DNA from: a bacterium
GTDB lineage: Bacteria; Patescibacteriota; Doudnabacteria; UBA920
Direction of reading: 5' to 3'
DNA: 64,000 nucleotides
Assembly (NCBI GenBank): GCA_021825655.1
Contig: JAKAGU010000001.1
Span: 50,358 to 114,357 of the forward strand
Shown: positions 36,462-44,147 of the stretch, piece after piece
Layout of the letters: each line of letters starts with the position of its first letter
How positions within the stretch are numbered: position 1 is the stretch's first letter
The notes under the pieces: model-generated
The model's database searches: none
The model's input: only the letters and a program-made list of their open reading frames with translations
What the model was told of the DNA's origin: nothing
Translations under genes and position numbers: made by a program

Positions 36462-36986
36462 TTAGTTAAATTTGGTGTTAGCCAGAGCAATGGCGTGCTC
36501 TTCCTCTTCGGTGAGCTGGGTTTCGGCCTTGCCGTGAGCCAGCTGTTTGGCGTAAATGCGGTTTTGCTCCCGGCCGTGCATGGAAGTGATTACCACTCCG
36601 GTGTTGTGCCCGTCGAGCAGTGCCAAAGTGAAACTAAAATTGCCCCCGCCATCTGCGAATGGGTTAAACCGGTGTACGCCAATTTGCTGGATGGCAAAAG
36701 TCGAGCTGGTCTTCAGGGAGGCCAAGCTAGCTTCCAGCACGGTTTTTTCGTCTTCCAGGAGCTGGAGTTTCTGCGTAAGTTCCATAAGGACGTTTTCCAG
36801 ATCGCGCCCGTTCCGGCCTGCAAAAAAAGCCTTGCGCACCCGGTTGAAAGCCAGGTTTTGCCAAAACAAAAACCCAATCAAAAACAGGCAGATTAGGCTT
36901 AAAATCAAGGCAAAGAGGCTTAGGTTGGTGATGGTGGTTGGCATTTTTGGCTTTGTTATTGTAACACTCTTAAAGGTTGCTTTCAA
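36462..36986 (-). CDS. DUF4446-family membrane-anchored protein
   Basis: 174 aa with an N-terminal TM helix, then VHRFNPFADGGGNFSFTLALLDGHNTGVVITSMHGREQNRIYAKQL, which matches the DUF4446 conserved core. Confidence 0.5.
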   Translation of the reverse strand: MKATFKSVTITKPKMPTTITNLSLFALILSLICLFLIGFLFWQNLAFNRVRKAFFAGRNGRDLENVLMELTQKLQLLEDEKTVLEASLASLKTSSTFAIQQIGVHRFNPFADGGGNFSFTLALLDGHNTGVVITSMHGREQNRIYAKQLAHGKAETQLTEEEEHAIALANTKFN

Positions 36987-37068
36987 ATGGCTAAAATGTT
37001 AAAATACCCCTGCTTCTCTCCTGCCATCCAAGGCAAAAGCAGCGTTAATTTAGACTTAAAGCAACCTT

Positions 37069-37272
37069 ATGAGCAAGAACCGAAATTCTTCTAGCCCCAA
37101 ACCCGTGAGTTCTCCGGAACTGCAAGCGGCCGAGCATGTGATTATCAGCCACGACTTGTGGAAAGTGCTTATTTTAAATGTGATTTATCTGGCGGGCCTT
37201 TTGGCTTTGTATTATGCCAACCAACAAACCCATTTTTTGGAAAATTGGTTCAGCAAACTCATGAGCATGTAA
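37069..37272 (+). CDS. Hypothetical small membrane protein
   Basis: 67 aa with one TM helix (VLILNVIYLAGLLALYY). Followed by a strong terminator. Confidence 0.35.
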   Translation: MSKNRNSSSPKPVSSPELQAAEHVIISHDLWKVLILNVIYLAGLLALYYANQQTHFLENWFSKLMSM

Positions 37273-37285
37273 GCTTTCGGATTTA

Positions 37286-37316
37286 ATAACCGGCCACTCT
37301 GGCCGGTTTTTTGTTT
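37286..37316 (+). terminator. Intrinsic terminator
   Basis: AACCGGCCactctGGCCGGTTttttgttttt. Confidence 0.65.
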
Positions 37317-37318
37317 TT

Positions 37319-38875
37319 GTGATACAATATATCATATATGATATATTAACTTTTATTACTATGACTACCCAAAAGATGATTGGCCAGCTAATCTCCAGAC
37401 TCCGCGAACAAAAGGGTCTGACCCAGGCGCAGTTTGCGAGAAGCCTTAAAACCAGCCAGTCCGCCGTGGCCCGCATGGAAAACGGTTTGCAGAACCTGAG
37501 TACGGAAATGCTGGAAAAAATTGGGGACATACTGAAAAAACCCCTGATTGCGCTGGCGGGAGACTCGGTTAATTTAAGGATTGAGGGCGGCCACAAATTG
37601 TCCGGCCGGGTTGCCACCAACACTTCCAAGAACGCCGCCATGGGCCTTTTGGCCGCCAGCTTGTTGAACGCCGGGCAGACTACCTTAAAAAACGTGCCAA
37701 GAATTGAAGAGGTTAACCGGATGCTTGAGGTGCTTTCAAGCATCGGAGTCAGGGCTGAATGGCAGGGCCAGGATTTAAAAATTACACCCCCGAAAAAATT
37801 CAATCTCAAGAACCTAAATGCCGAAGCCGCGGTCAAAACCCGCAGTATTTTAATGCTTATCGGGCCGTTGGTGCATTTGTTTAGGCATTTTAAGTTGCCG
37901 GTTGCCGGCGGCTGCAAGTTGGGTGCGCGCACTATCCGCCCGCATTTATATGCTTTAGAGAAGCTGGGTGTGAATATCCAGACCAGCCACGACCAGTATG
38001 ATATTAGCGTGCAGGGTTTGGCGTCCGCAGAGGTAGTTCTTTATGAAACCGGCGATACGGTAACGGAAAACGCTCTGCTGGCCGCGGCCAAATTGCCGGG
38101 TAGGACCGTTATCAAATATGCCTCCTCGAATTATATGGTCCAGGATGTATGCTTCTTTTTGGAAAAGTTGGGCGTGCGGGTTGAAGGTTTAGGCACTTCC
38201 ACTCTGGTTGTTCATGGCAAGCCGGAAATTAAGGCGGACGTGGAGTACTATTTAAGCGAAGACCCGATTGAGTCCATGCTTTTTTTGTCCATTGCTGCTA
38301 CCACGAATTCCAGCATCACCATTGAGCGCTGCCCTATAGATTTTTTGGAACTGGAACTGCTTAAGCTGGAAAAGATGGGCTTGAAATTCCAAATCCAAAA
38401 ACACTATAAAGCCCGCAACGGCCGGACTAACCTGGTGGATATAAAAACTTTGCCTTCCAAGCTTACGGCTTTGGAAGAAAAGATTCATCCCCTGCCTTAC
38501 CCCGGCATTAACATAGATAACTTGCCGTTTTTTGTCCCAATTGCCACGCAGGCCGAAGGCTCTACCCTGATTCATGATTGGGTCTACGAAAACCGGGCCA
38601 TCTATTATTTGGAATTATCTAAACTTAGGGCCAATATCATCCTGGCCGATCCGCATCGGGTGTACATTGAGGGGCCTACGGAGTTGCGCGCGGCCGAGGT
38701 AATTTGTCCCCCAGCCTTAAGGCCAGCAGCAATTATTCTGATTGGCATGCTGGCGGCCAAAGGCACTTCGGTGTTGCGGAACGTGTACTCCATTTCCCGC
38801 GGCTACGAGGATCTGGTTAACCGGTTAAAAAAACTGGGCGCAAAAATTGAAATCATCAACAGTCTTGGTATATAG
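37319..38875 (+). CDS. murA: UDP-N-acetylglucosamine 1-carboxyvinyltransferase (MurA) with an N-terminal XRE-type helix-turn-helix fusion
   Basis: The likely start is the internal ATG near 37358 (MTTQKMIGQLISRLREQKGLTQAQFARSLKTSQSAVARMENG, an HTH_3/XRE pattern). The EPSP-synthase-fold MurA body begins at LRIEGGHKLSGRVATNTSKNAAMGLLAASLL. The catalytic Cys loop is retained (LPVAGGCKLGARTIRPH). Confidence 0.8.
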   Translation: MIQYIIYDILTFITMTTQKMIGQLISRLREQKGLTQAQFARSLKTSQSAVARMENGLQNLSTEMLEKIGDILKKPLIALAGDSVNLRIEGGHKLSGRVATNTSKNAAMGLLAASLLNAGQTTLKNVPRIEEVNRMLEVLSSIGVRAEWQGQDLKITPPKKFNLKNLNAEAAVKTRSILMLIGPLVHLFRHFKLPVAGGCKLGARTIRPHLYALEKLGVNIQTSHDQYDISVQGLASAEVVLYETGDTVTENALLAAAKLPGRTVIKYASSNYMVQDVCFFLEKLGVRVEGLGTSTLVVHGKPEIKADVEYYLSEDPIESMLFLSIAATTNSSITIERCPIDFLELELLKLEKMGLKFQIQKHYKARNGRTNLVDIKTLPSKLTALEEKIHPLPYPGINIDNLPFFVPIATQAEGSTLIHDWVYENRAIYYLELSKLRANIILADPHRVYIEGPTELRAAEVICPPALRPAAIILIGMLAAKGTSVLRNVYSISRGYEDLVNRLKKLGAKIEIINSLGI

Positions 38876-38883
38876 GCTGAAAT

Positions 38884-38914
38884 AAAAATACCCGCCGTTC
38901 GGCGGGTTTTTTTA
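38884..38914. terminator. Bidirectional intrinsic terminator
   Basis: aaaaatACCCGCCGttcGGCGGGTttttttatt between murA and the convergent tRNA-Ala. Confidence 0.6.
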
Positions 38915-38918
38915 TTAT

Positions 38919-38992
38919 TGGTGGACCTGGGGGGAATCGAACCCCCGCCTCGGCAATGCGAATGCCGCGTAATACCACTTTACTACAGGCCC
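38919..38992 (-). tRNA. tRNA-Ala (anticodon CGC)
   Basis: Reverse complement folds as acceptor gggcctg/caggtcc with the G3:U70 alanine identity pair, anticodon stem cggca/tgccg with loop tTCGCat, T-arm ggggg-ttcgatt-ccccc, then ACCA. Short D-loop and variable loop give 74 nt. Confidence 0.75.
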
Positions 38993-39036
38993 TAAATTAC
39001 TGTCTAATTTTATCTGATTATGTTAAATTAGTAAAT

Positions 39037-39507
39037 ATGTTAAAGGTACGGATTATAACTCTAGGCAAGTTTAAAGAAAAAGCTTTTTTGGAATTGGAAA
39101 AAGAGTATTTAAAGCGCCTCTCCCCTTTCGCTAAAATAAAAATTGTCGAATTGCCCGAAGAGCCCTACCGCAGCCACGATGACGCGGAAAAAATTAAGCA
39201 GAAAGAAGCGGAAAAAATCGTTAAGCAGCTGCCGGAAGATGCTTTGGTAATGCTTTTGGAAGAAAAAGGCACCCTCAGGAGCTCTAGAGATTTTGCGAAT
39301 TTTGTTGAACGCGTGGGCGGTTTTGGCAGAGAACTGGTGTTTGTGTTGGGCAGCGGTTTGGGGTTGCATAGCAGCCTGAAAGAACATGCTAATTATTCCA
39401 TTTCGCTTTCCCCTCTTACCTTTACCCATAATTTTGCCCGCGTGCTTTTGGAAGAGCAGCTCTACCGGGCCTGTACACTAATTAACCACAAAGACTACCA
39501 TAAATAG
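39037..39507 (+). CDS. rlmH: 23S rRNA (pseudouridine1915-N3)-methyltransferase RlmH (SPOUT)
   Basis: Start at the internal ATG (MLKVRIITLGKFKEKAF...). RlmH-like C-terminal motifs (FVLGSGLGL...ISLSPLTFTH). The longer ORF-track N-terminus overlaps the tRNA-Ala gene and is rejected. Confidence 0.8.
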   Translation: MLKVRIITLGKFKEKAFLELEKEYLKRLSPFAKIKIVELPEEPYRSHDDAEKIKQKEAEKIVKQLPEDALVMLLEEKGTLRSSRDFANFVERVGGFGRELVFVLGSGLGLHSSLKEHANYSISLSPLTFTHNFARVLLEEQLYRACTLINHKDYHK

Positions 39508-39525
39508 ACAGTGGATTTTGCAGAA

Positions 39526-39561
39526 TAAAAAAACAGCCCGTTGGAATGGGCTGTTTTTTTA
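39526..39561. terminator. Bidirectional intrinsic terminator
   Basis: aaaaaaACAGCCCGttggaatGGGCTGTttttttag. Confidence 0.65.
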
Positions 39562-40875
39562 GTTTGCGGAAGCTTGGGCAGGCGGTTTCGTGGCCAGCGC
39601 AGCTGCGCCCAGAAAAACCCAAAGCAGTAGCTGGGTTTGTTCAAGCGTGTAAAAATAGTGGTCAAACTGCATGAGGACAAAAATGGCAAAATAAAGCGAA
39701 AGTAACAGCATGCCCAAAAGACTGCCTTGCTTGGCAAGCCGTATCGCGGCTGGAACGTCTCGCCAAAACAGCCACAGTAGTATAAGCATGCCCGGCAAGC
39801 CTAATTCTGCGGCTGAGAGCAAAAAGTAGTTATGTACTGGTTGTTTTTCCCAGGGCTGCAACCTTTGGTTCAGGAATTGTTCCATATGAAGCACGCTCTC
39901 CCCTATTCCAACCCCAAACACTGGGTGGGTTTGAACCATTTTTAAACCAGCTTCGTTGTATTTCATTCTTTCCAGCGTGGAATTATCAGTGATTGTTGCC
40001 CGGGTGGAGAGCCAGGGCCAAAAAATTAACAAGCAAGAAATTATTGTGAGCGTAATGGCGAGCACAGGCAAACGCAAGCCCTGTGTTTTTTTTAGAATCA
40101 AAAAAATAAGCAAGGCCCCAAGCCCCCCAAGCCCTGCCAAATAGCCTGCCCGGGAAAAGGTTACCGTAAGACCAAAAAGGTTAAGCACGAGGAGGCAGGT
40201 GGCAAAAACTTGTCCAAATTTCTTTGGTGCGCTTAGAAGTAGGTATAGGGATATTACAGCAGATATTGCCAGAAAAGCTGAAAGCAGGTTGGGGTGGGGA
40301 AAGGTTCCATAACTGCGGATGTATACTGTTCCACTTGAAACAATTTTTGCTACCCCAGAAATACTGGGCCCAATCAGGTTTTCGCCCAGCCACTTTAGTC
40401 CAACTGACCTTTGCAACCAGAACTGAACCAGCCCCAAAATTGATTCAAGTGAACCTAGGCTGGCAAAAAGCCAAGCTAGCTGTTGTTTATTGGAAATCTT
40501 TCCAAGCATGATAACCGTTGTTCCATATGCAACAAGTAATTCCGCATATTTAAAGAAAAAATATAGGTTTAAGGATTTATAATCTTGAAAATGGATAATT
40601 AAGCCTAAAATAAGCCAAAAAATGAGTATTACAGGCTTTCTCACCACGTGGTAGAATGACTTTAATTCTCCACCACGTGGTAGAAATAAGCAGCACCACG
40701 TGGTGAGAAGTAATAAATCGCTTAAATATAAGGAAAATGAAGTAAAATCTGAATATGCCCCGGTTTGGTAAGCTGAATTTGAAAAAAACACATGCCTTAG
40801 GGGCAGGAACATACTAATAATGAATAAAAAAAAGCTTATTTTAGCGGCTTTTTGGAAAGTTTCCCGTGAAAACAT
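39559..40875 (-). CDS. O-antigen ligase (Wzy_C) family polytopic membrane protein (second copy in window)
   Basis: 438 aa with multiple TM helices and a Wzy_C-like loop (TFSRAGYLAGLGGLG). The 5' end of the ORF contains three ACCACGTGGT palindromes in different reading frames, so the N-terminus is uncertain. Confidence 0.55.
   Translation of the reverse strand: MFSRETFQKAAKISFFLFIISMFLPLRHVFFSNSAYQTGAYSDFTSFSLYLSDLLLLTTWCCLFLPRGGELKSFYHVVRKPVILIFWLILGLIIHFQDYKSLNLYFFFKYAELLVAYGTTVIMLGKISNKQQLAWLFASLGSLESILGLVQFWLQRSVGLKWLGENLIGPSISGVAKIVSSGTVYIRSYGTFPHPNLLSAFLAISAVISLYLLLSAPKKFGQVFATCLLVLNLFGLTVTFSRAGYLAGLGGLGALLIFLILKKTQGLRLPVLAITLTIISCLLIFWPWLSTRATITDNSTLERMKYNEAGLKMVQTHPVFGVGIGESVLHMEQFLNQRLQPWEKQPVHNYFLLSAAELGLPGMLILLWLFWRDVPAAIRLAKQGSLLGMLLLSLYFAIFVLMQFDHYFYTLEQTQLLLWVFLGAAALATKPPAQASAN
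40636..40705. repeat. Three direct copies of a ~16-bp element, each centred on the perfect 10-bp palindrome ACCACGTGGT (CACGTG core)
   Basis: tCTCACCACGTGGTAGAAtg, tCTCCACCACGTGGTAGAAat and agCAGCACCACGTGGTGAGAAg. Core-to-core spacings are about 29 and 23 bp, not multiples of 3. Confidence 0.6.
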
Positions 40876-40988
40876 ATATACTATTTACAAAATAAACAAT
40901 TTATGGTATAATATATTATAAAGAAATTTGCCGAATCCATAGGCATTTTATCATGCTCTGGGTTTATGATATAATTTTCGGGTCTAAC

Positions 40989-41063
40989 GCCTTCGTAGCT
41001 CAATGGATAGAGCAAATCCGTCCTAAGGATGAGATGTAGGTTCGATTCCTACCGAGGGCACCA
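40989..41063 (+). tRNA. tRNA-Arg (anticodon CCU)
   Basis: Acceptor gccttcg/cgagggc (one G-U pair), D-arm gctc-aatggata-gagc, anticodon stem aatcc/ggatg with loop gTCCTaa, T-arm gtagg-ttcgatt-cctac, then ACCA. The upstream region has a TATAAT-like -10 (tatggtataat). Confidence 0.8.
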
Positions 41064-41081
41064 AAATTAAACAAAAAAACC

Positions 41082-41345
41082 ATGATTGAGCCAGAACTCA
41101 AGACCCAATTAGAAAAAATCGACAACCATTTGGTTGGTATTTTTCATAAGACCGAGAGTCTGTGGCGGGCTTTTGTTCGGGGAATGCTGCAGGGCATTGG
41201 GAGTATTGTTGGGATTGCGCTGGCAATTTTGGTGATTGGCTGGATTCTGAATGTTTTGGGTATAATTCCCGGGATCAGAGAACAGGCCCAAGAGTGGCAG
41301 AGTTTGTGGAAGCAAACACTTGAACAAGTTCAAAAAGTCAGGTAA
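41082..41345 (+). CDS. Hypothetical small membrane protein
   Basis: 87 aa with one TM helix (IGSIVGIALAILVIGWILNVLGII) flanked by charged segments. Sits between two tRNA genes. Confidence 0.4.
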   Translation: MIEPELKTQLEKIDNHLVGIFHKTESLWRAFVRGMLQGIGSIVGIALAILVIGWILNVLGIIPGIREQAQEWQSLWKQTLEQVQKVR

Positions 41346-41364
41346 AATTAGGCGTACCTAGTCA

Positions 41365-41440
41365 GGGCCATTAGCTCATTTGGTAGAGCGCTTCCATGGC
41401 ATGGAAGAGGCGACCGGTTCAAATCCGGTATGGTCCACCA
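41365..41440 (+). tRNA. tRNA-Ala (anticodon GGC)
   Basis: Acceptor gggccat/atggtcc with G3:U70, D-arm gctc-atttggta-gagc, anticodon stem cttcc/ggaag with loop aTGGCat, T-arm accgg-ttcaaat-ccggt, then ACCA. Confidence 0.85.
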
Positions 41441-41443
41441 TCA

Positions 41444-41473
41444 CAAAACCCGCGTTAAGCGCGGGTTTTGTGT
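41444..41473 (+). terminator. Intrinsic terminator after tRNA-Ala(GGC)
   Basis: caaAACCCGCGttaaGCGCGGGTTttgtgt. Confidence 0.6.
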
Positions 41474-41516
41474 ATCTGTATAGTATAATAAAGATAAGAA
41501 GTTTAAATACAAAAAA

Positions 41517-41747
41517 ATGGCAGACTATAACCAGGAACAAGCCGACGCCAGGCACCGCGAAAGGCGCGACCGGCTGCAGTCCATGAGAAACGAGCTGAGC
41601 GATGTTTTGAATGATTATTACGAAAGTTTTCCGGAAAACGAAACAGGGGAGAGGGACTTGGAATACAGGATCGAGGAAAGGCTGAGAAGGCTGGAGCGGG
41701 AAATGGACGCCTTTATTGCAGATTTTAGAAACCTGGCCAACAGATAA
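41517..41747 (+). CDS. Hypothetical small highly charged protein (predicted helical/coiled-coil)
   Basis: 76 aa, Arg/Glu/Asp-rich (RHRERRDRLQSMRNELSD...RLRRLEREMDAF). No recognisable motif. Lies between tRNA-Ala and tRNA-Pro. Confidence 0.35.
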   Translation: MADYNQEQADARHRERRDRLQSMRNELSDVLNDYYESFPENETGERDLEYRIEERLRRLEREMDAFIADFRNLANR

Positions 41748-41816
41748 CTGGCCCGTGTTTTTATGGGCTTGCTGTATTGCCAAAAACCCAATAAATCTTT
41801 ATAATTAGGGCTGTTT

Positions 41817-41890
41817 CGGGATGTAGTATACCGGTAGTACGCGCGCTTCGGGTGCGTGAAGACAGGGTTCGATTCCCTGCATCCCGACCA
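41817..41890 (+). tRNA. tRNA-Pro (anticodon CGG)
   Basis: Acceptor cgggatg/catcccg, anticodon stem cgcgc/gcgtg (one G-U pair) with loop tTCGGgt, T-arm caggg-ttcgatt-ccctg, then ACCA. The D-stem is short. Confidence 0.75.
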
Positions 41891-41896
41891 TGATTG

Positions 41897-41925
41897 AACC
41901 CCGGCAAAACCGGGGTTTTGTCTTA
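41897..41925 (+). terminator. Intrinsic terminator after tRNA-Pro
   Basis: aaCCCCGGcaaaaCCGGGGttttgtctt. Confidence 0.6.
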
Positions 41926-41950
41926 GGTTGACTAGTGTTATGATTTAAAT

Positions 41951-42712
41951 ATGGATCAACAGGTAATTATAGGTAGCCATCTTATTAGTTTTAAGAGTCT
42001 AAATTTTCAAGCGGGCAGGACCGCGATAGTGTTTTTGCATGGATGGGGAAGCAGCAAAGAAGCTTGGCAGGGGATTGAGACGCGATTGAAAACTACGGAC
42101 CAAGCCGTCCTTGCTTTGGATTTGCCGGGTTTTGGCGCATCCCCTTTGTCCAGGCAGGATTTGTCCATTGCGGATTACGCGGCCATTGTGGCCGGGTTTG
42201 TAAAGAAGCAGGATTTGGCCAAAGTTAATATTGTGGGACATTCTTTTGGTGGCCGGATTGGTATAAAGCTGGCCGCCCAGTATCCCGAGTTGGTTGCGAA
42301 ATTGGTTTTGGTGGACAGCGCGGGCTTTGCCATGGAAAGCAGAAAAAAAAGCGGATACGGATTTGTCGCCAAGCTGGTAAAGCCATTTTTTAAGCCCGCC
42401 TCTATGCAGGGTTTAAGAAAGTGGGTTTACAAGCTGATTGGTGCAGAAGACTATTTGGCCACTCCGGCCCTGCAAAAAACTTTTATAAAAGCGGTGGGCG
42501 AGGATTTGGCCGGGGACATGAAAAAAATTGCGTGCCCCACGCTTGTTGTTTTTGGCGAAAAAGACACGGATACGCCCCTGGAGTTTGGTGAACGCATGCA
42601 TAAGCTGATTGCGGGCTCTGAGTTTCACGTGTTGGCCGACGCGGGGCATTACAGTTTTTTGGACAAGCCTGAGGAATTTACCATACTTTTAAAAGAATTT
42701 ATTAGGCAATGA
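41951..42712 (+). CDS. Alpha/beta hydrolase fold protein
   Basis: 253 aa with HGWGSS, nucleophile elbow GHSFGG, and a C-terminal Asp/His region (DAGHYSF). Confidence 0.7.
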   Translation: MDQQVIIGSHLISFKSLNFQAGRTAIVFLHGWGSSKEAWQGIETRLKTTDQAVLALDLPGFGASPLSRQDLSIADYAAIVAGFVKKQDLAKVNIVGHSFGGRIGIKLAAQYPELVAKLVLVDSAGFAMESRKKSGYGFVAKLVKPFFKPASMQGLRKWVYKLIGAEDYLATPALQKTFIKAVGEDLAGDMKKIACPTLVVFGEKDTDTPLEFGERMHKLIAGSEFHVLADAGHYSFLDKPEEFTILLKEFIRQ

Positions 42713-44133
42713 AATTTTTTACCGCTGTACCCAAATATCAGCTGTATTTGCTGCAGCTGGAAAATTACGAACTAACCAGGTTCTGGAAGCTGCTTTTTAA
42801 AAAAGGGTTTTTACCCCAACCTCAGCAAAGAAAGAACCTGGTCTGGACAGGGAAAGCCGCGGCAATTTTCGTCCTGGCAGAGCTTTTTAATGTGCTAATG
42901 GGCGCCCTGTTTTTTTTGTTCTACAGGTTTGGTCTGGGCATTTTTTATGCCGCTGGTTTGGGCGTGCTGCTCTTTTTTGTTTTGAAAAGCCTGCCGTTTT
43001 TCGCTTACAGTTTGGCTGTAATAATCTTGTGGCCGTTGGACTGGTTGTTGAAACGAGTTTTGGTTTTCAGGGCGCGCCATAAGATTAACGCCATGCCGAC
43101 GCTAAAAGTTATCGGCATAGCGGGCAGCTACGGCAAGACTACCATGAAGGAGGTTCTGTCAGGGGTTTTAAGCACGAAACTGAAAGTGGCAGCCACGCCG
43201 GAAAGCGTAAACACGCCCGTGGGTATTGCCCGATGGGTGCTGAAAAACATAAACCCTTCGGTTGAGGTGGCTGTGGTGGAGATGGGCGAGCACTACAAAG
43301 GCGATGTGGAAGAAGTGTGCGCCATTGCCAAACCTGACATTGCTGTAGTCACTGGCATTAACGAGGCGCATTTGGAAAGAATGAAAAGCCCGGAGAGTGT
43401 GATTGATACCATTTTTGAAATTGTTTCTTCTTCTAAGCCCGGCGCTTTGGTGCTGCTGAATGCGGACGATGAGAATGTGGCCGGGAATTTTAAGCAGTAT
43501 ATCTGGCCGGACCACAAGGTTGAAAGGTACAAGACGGAAGATTTAAGGAACAGCAGTTTTAATTCACAAACTTTACAGTGGGAAGCGGAGGTGGAGAACT
43601 TCGGACAAATAAAGATTAGTTTGCTCGGAAGTTATGCTTTGGGCGATGTAAGTGCAGCCATAAAAATTGCCAAAAGCCTTGGTATAAGTAATGAAGAGGT
43701 TAAGAAAGGCGTGGAAAAAATTCAGCCGGTGGAACACCGTTTGCAGCCCATTAAATCCGCTGGCGATATTTTGGTGATTGATGATGCCTATAATGGCAAT
43801 TCAACCGGGGTGACTGAGGCAATTAGGGCCCTGTCACGTTTTTACGGCCGGAGAAAAATTTATATTACACCCGGCCTGGTGGAAACTGGCAGCCGGGCTG
43901 CGGAGGTGCATAGACAAATTGGCCGGGAATTGGCAAGCACGGCGGATTTGGTTATCCTGATAAAGAACAGCGTGACGCCGTTCATTGCGGAAGGGCTTAA
44001 AGCGGCCGGGTATGCTCCGGAAAAAATTGTTTGGTTTGATACGGCCCAGGCAGCGCATGAAGATTTAAAAAATATTTTGAAGCCCAAGGATGTTGTTCTG
44101 TTCCAGAATGACTGGGGCGACCAGTATTTATAG
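42709..44133 (+). CDS. murF: Mur ligase family protein, MurF (UDP-MurNAc-tripeptide--D-Ala-D-Ala ligase)-like, with an N-terminal membrane-spanning extension
   Basis: 474 aa. The first ~120 aa contain 2-3 hydrophobic helices. The ATP-binding motif IGIAGSYGKTT and Mur-ligase middle and C-terminal domains follow. Immediately upstream of ddl, the classical murF-ddl arrangement. Confidence 0.65.
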   Translation: MKFFTAVPKYQLYLLQLENYELTRFWKLLFKKGFLPQPQQRKNLVWTGKAAAIFVLAELFNVLMGALFFLFYRFGLGIFYAAGLGVLLFFVLKSLPFFAYSLAVIILWPLDWLLKRVLVFRARHKINAMPTLKVIGIAGSYGKTTMKEVLSGVLSTKLKVAATPESVNTPVGIARWVLKNINPSVEVAVVEMGEHYKGDVEEVCAIAKPDIAVVTGINEAHLERMKSPESVIDTIFEIVSSSKPGALVLLNADDENVAGNFKQYIWPDHKVERYKTEDLRNSSFNSQTLQWEAEVENFGQIKISLLGSYALGDVSAAIKIAKSLGISNEEVKKGVEKIQPVEHRLQPIKSAGDILVIDDAYNGNSTGVTEAIRALSRFYGRRKIYITPGLVETGSRAAEVHRQIGRELASTADLVILIKNSVTPFIAEGLKAAGYAPEKIVWFDTAQAAHEDLKNILKPKDVVLFQNDWGDQYL

Positions 44134-44147
44134 GTAATCATATCCAT

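Noticed and set aside
41376-41783. 135-aa minus-strand ORF and 68-aa plus-strand ORF at 41380..41586
   Set aside because: They overlap tRNA-Ala(GGC), its terminator and the better-supported 76-aa plus-strand ORF. They are most likely spurious.
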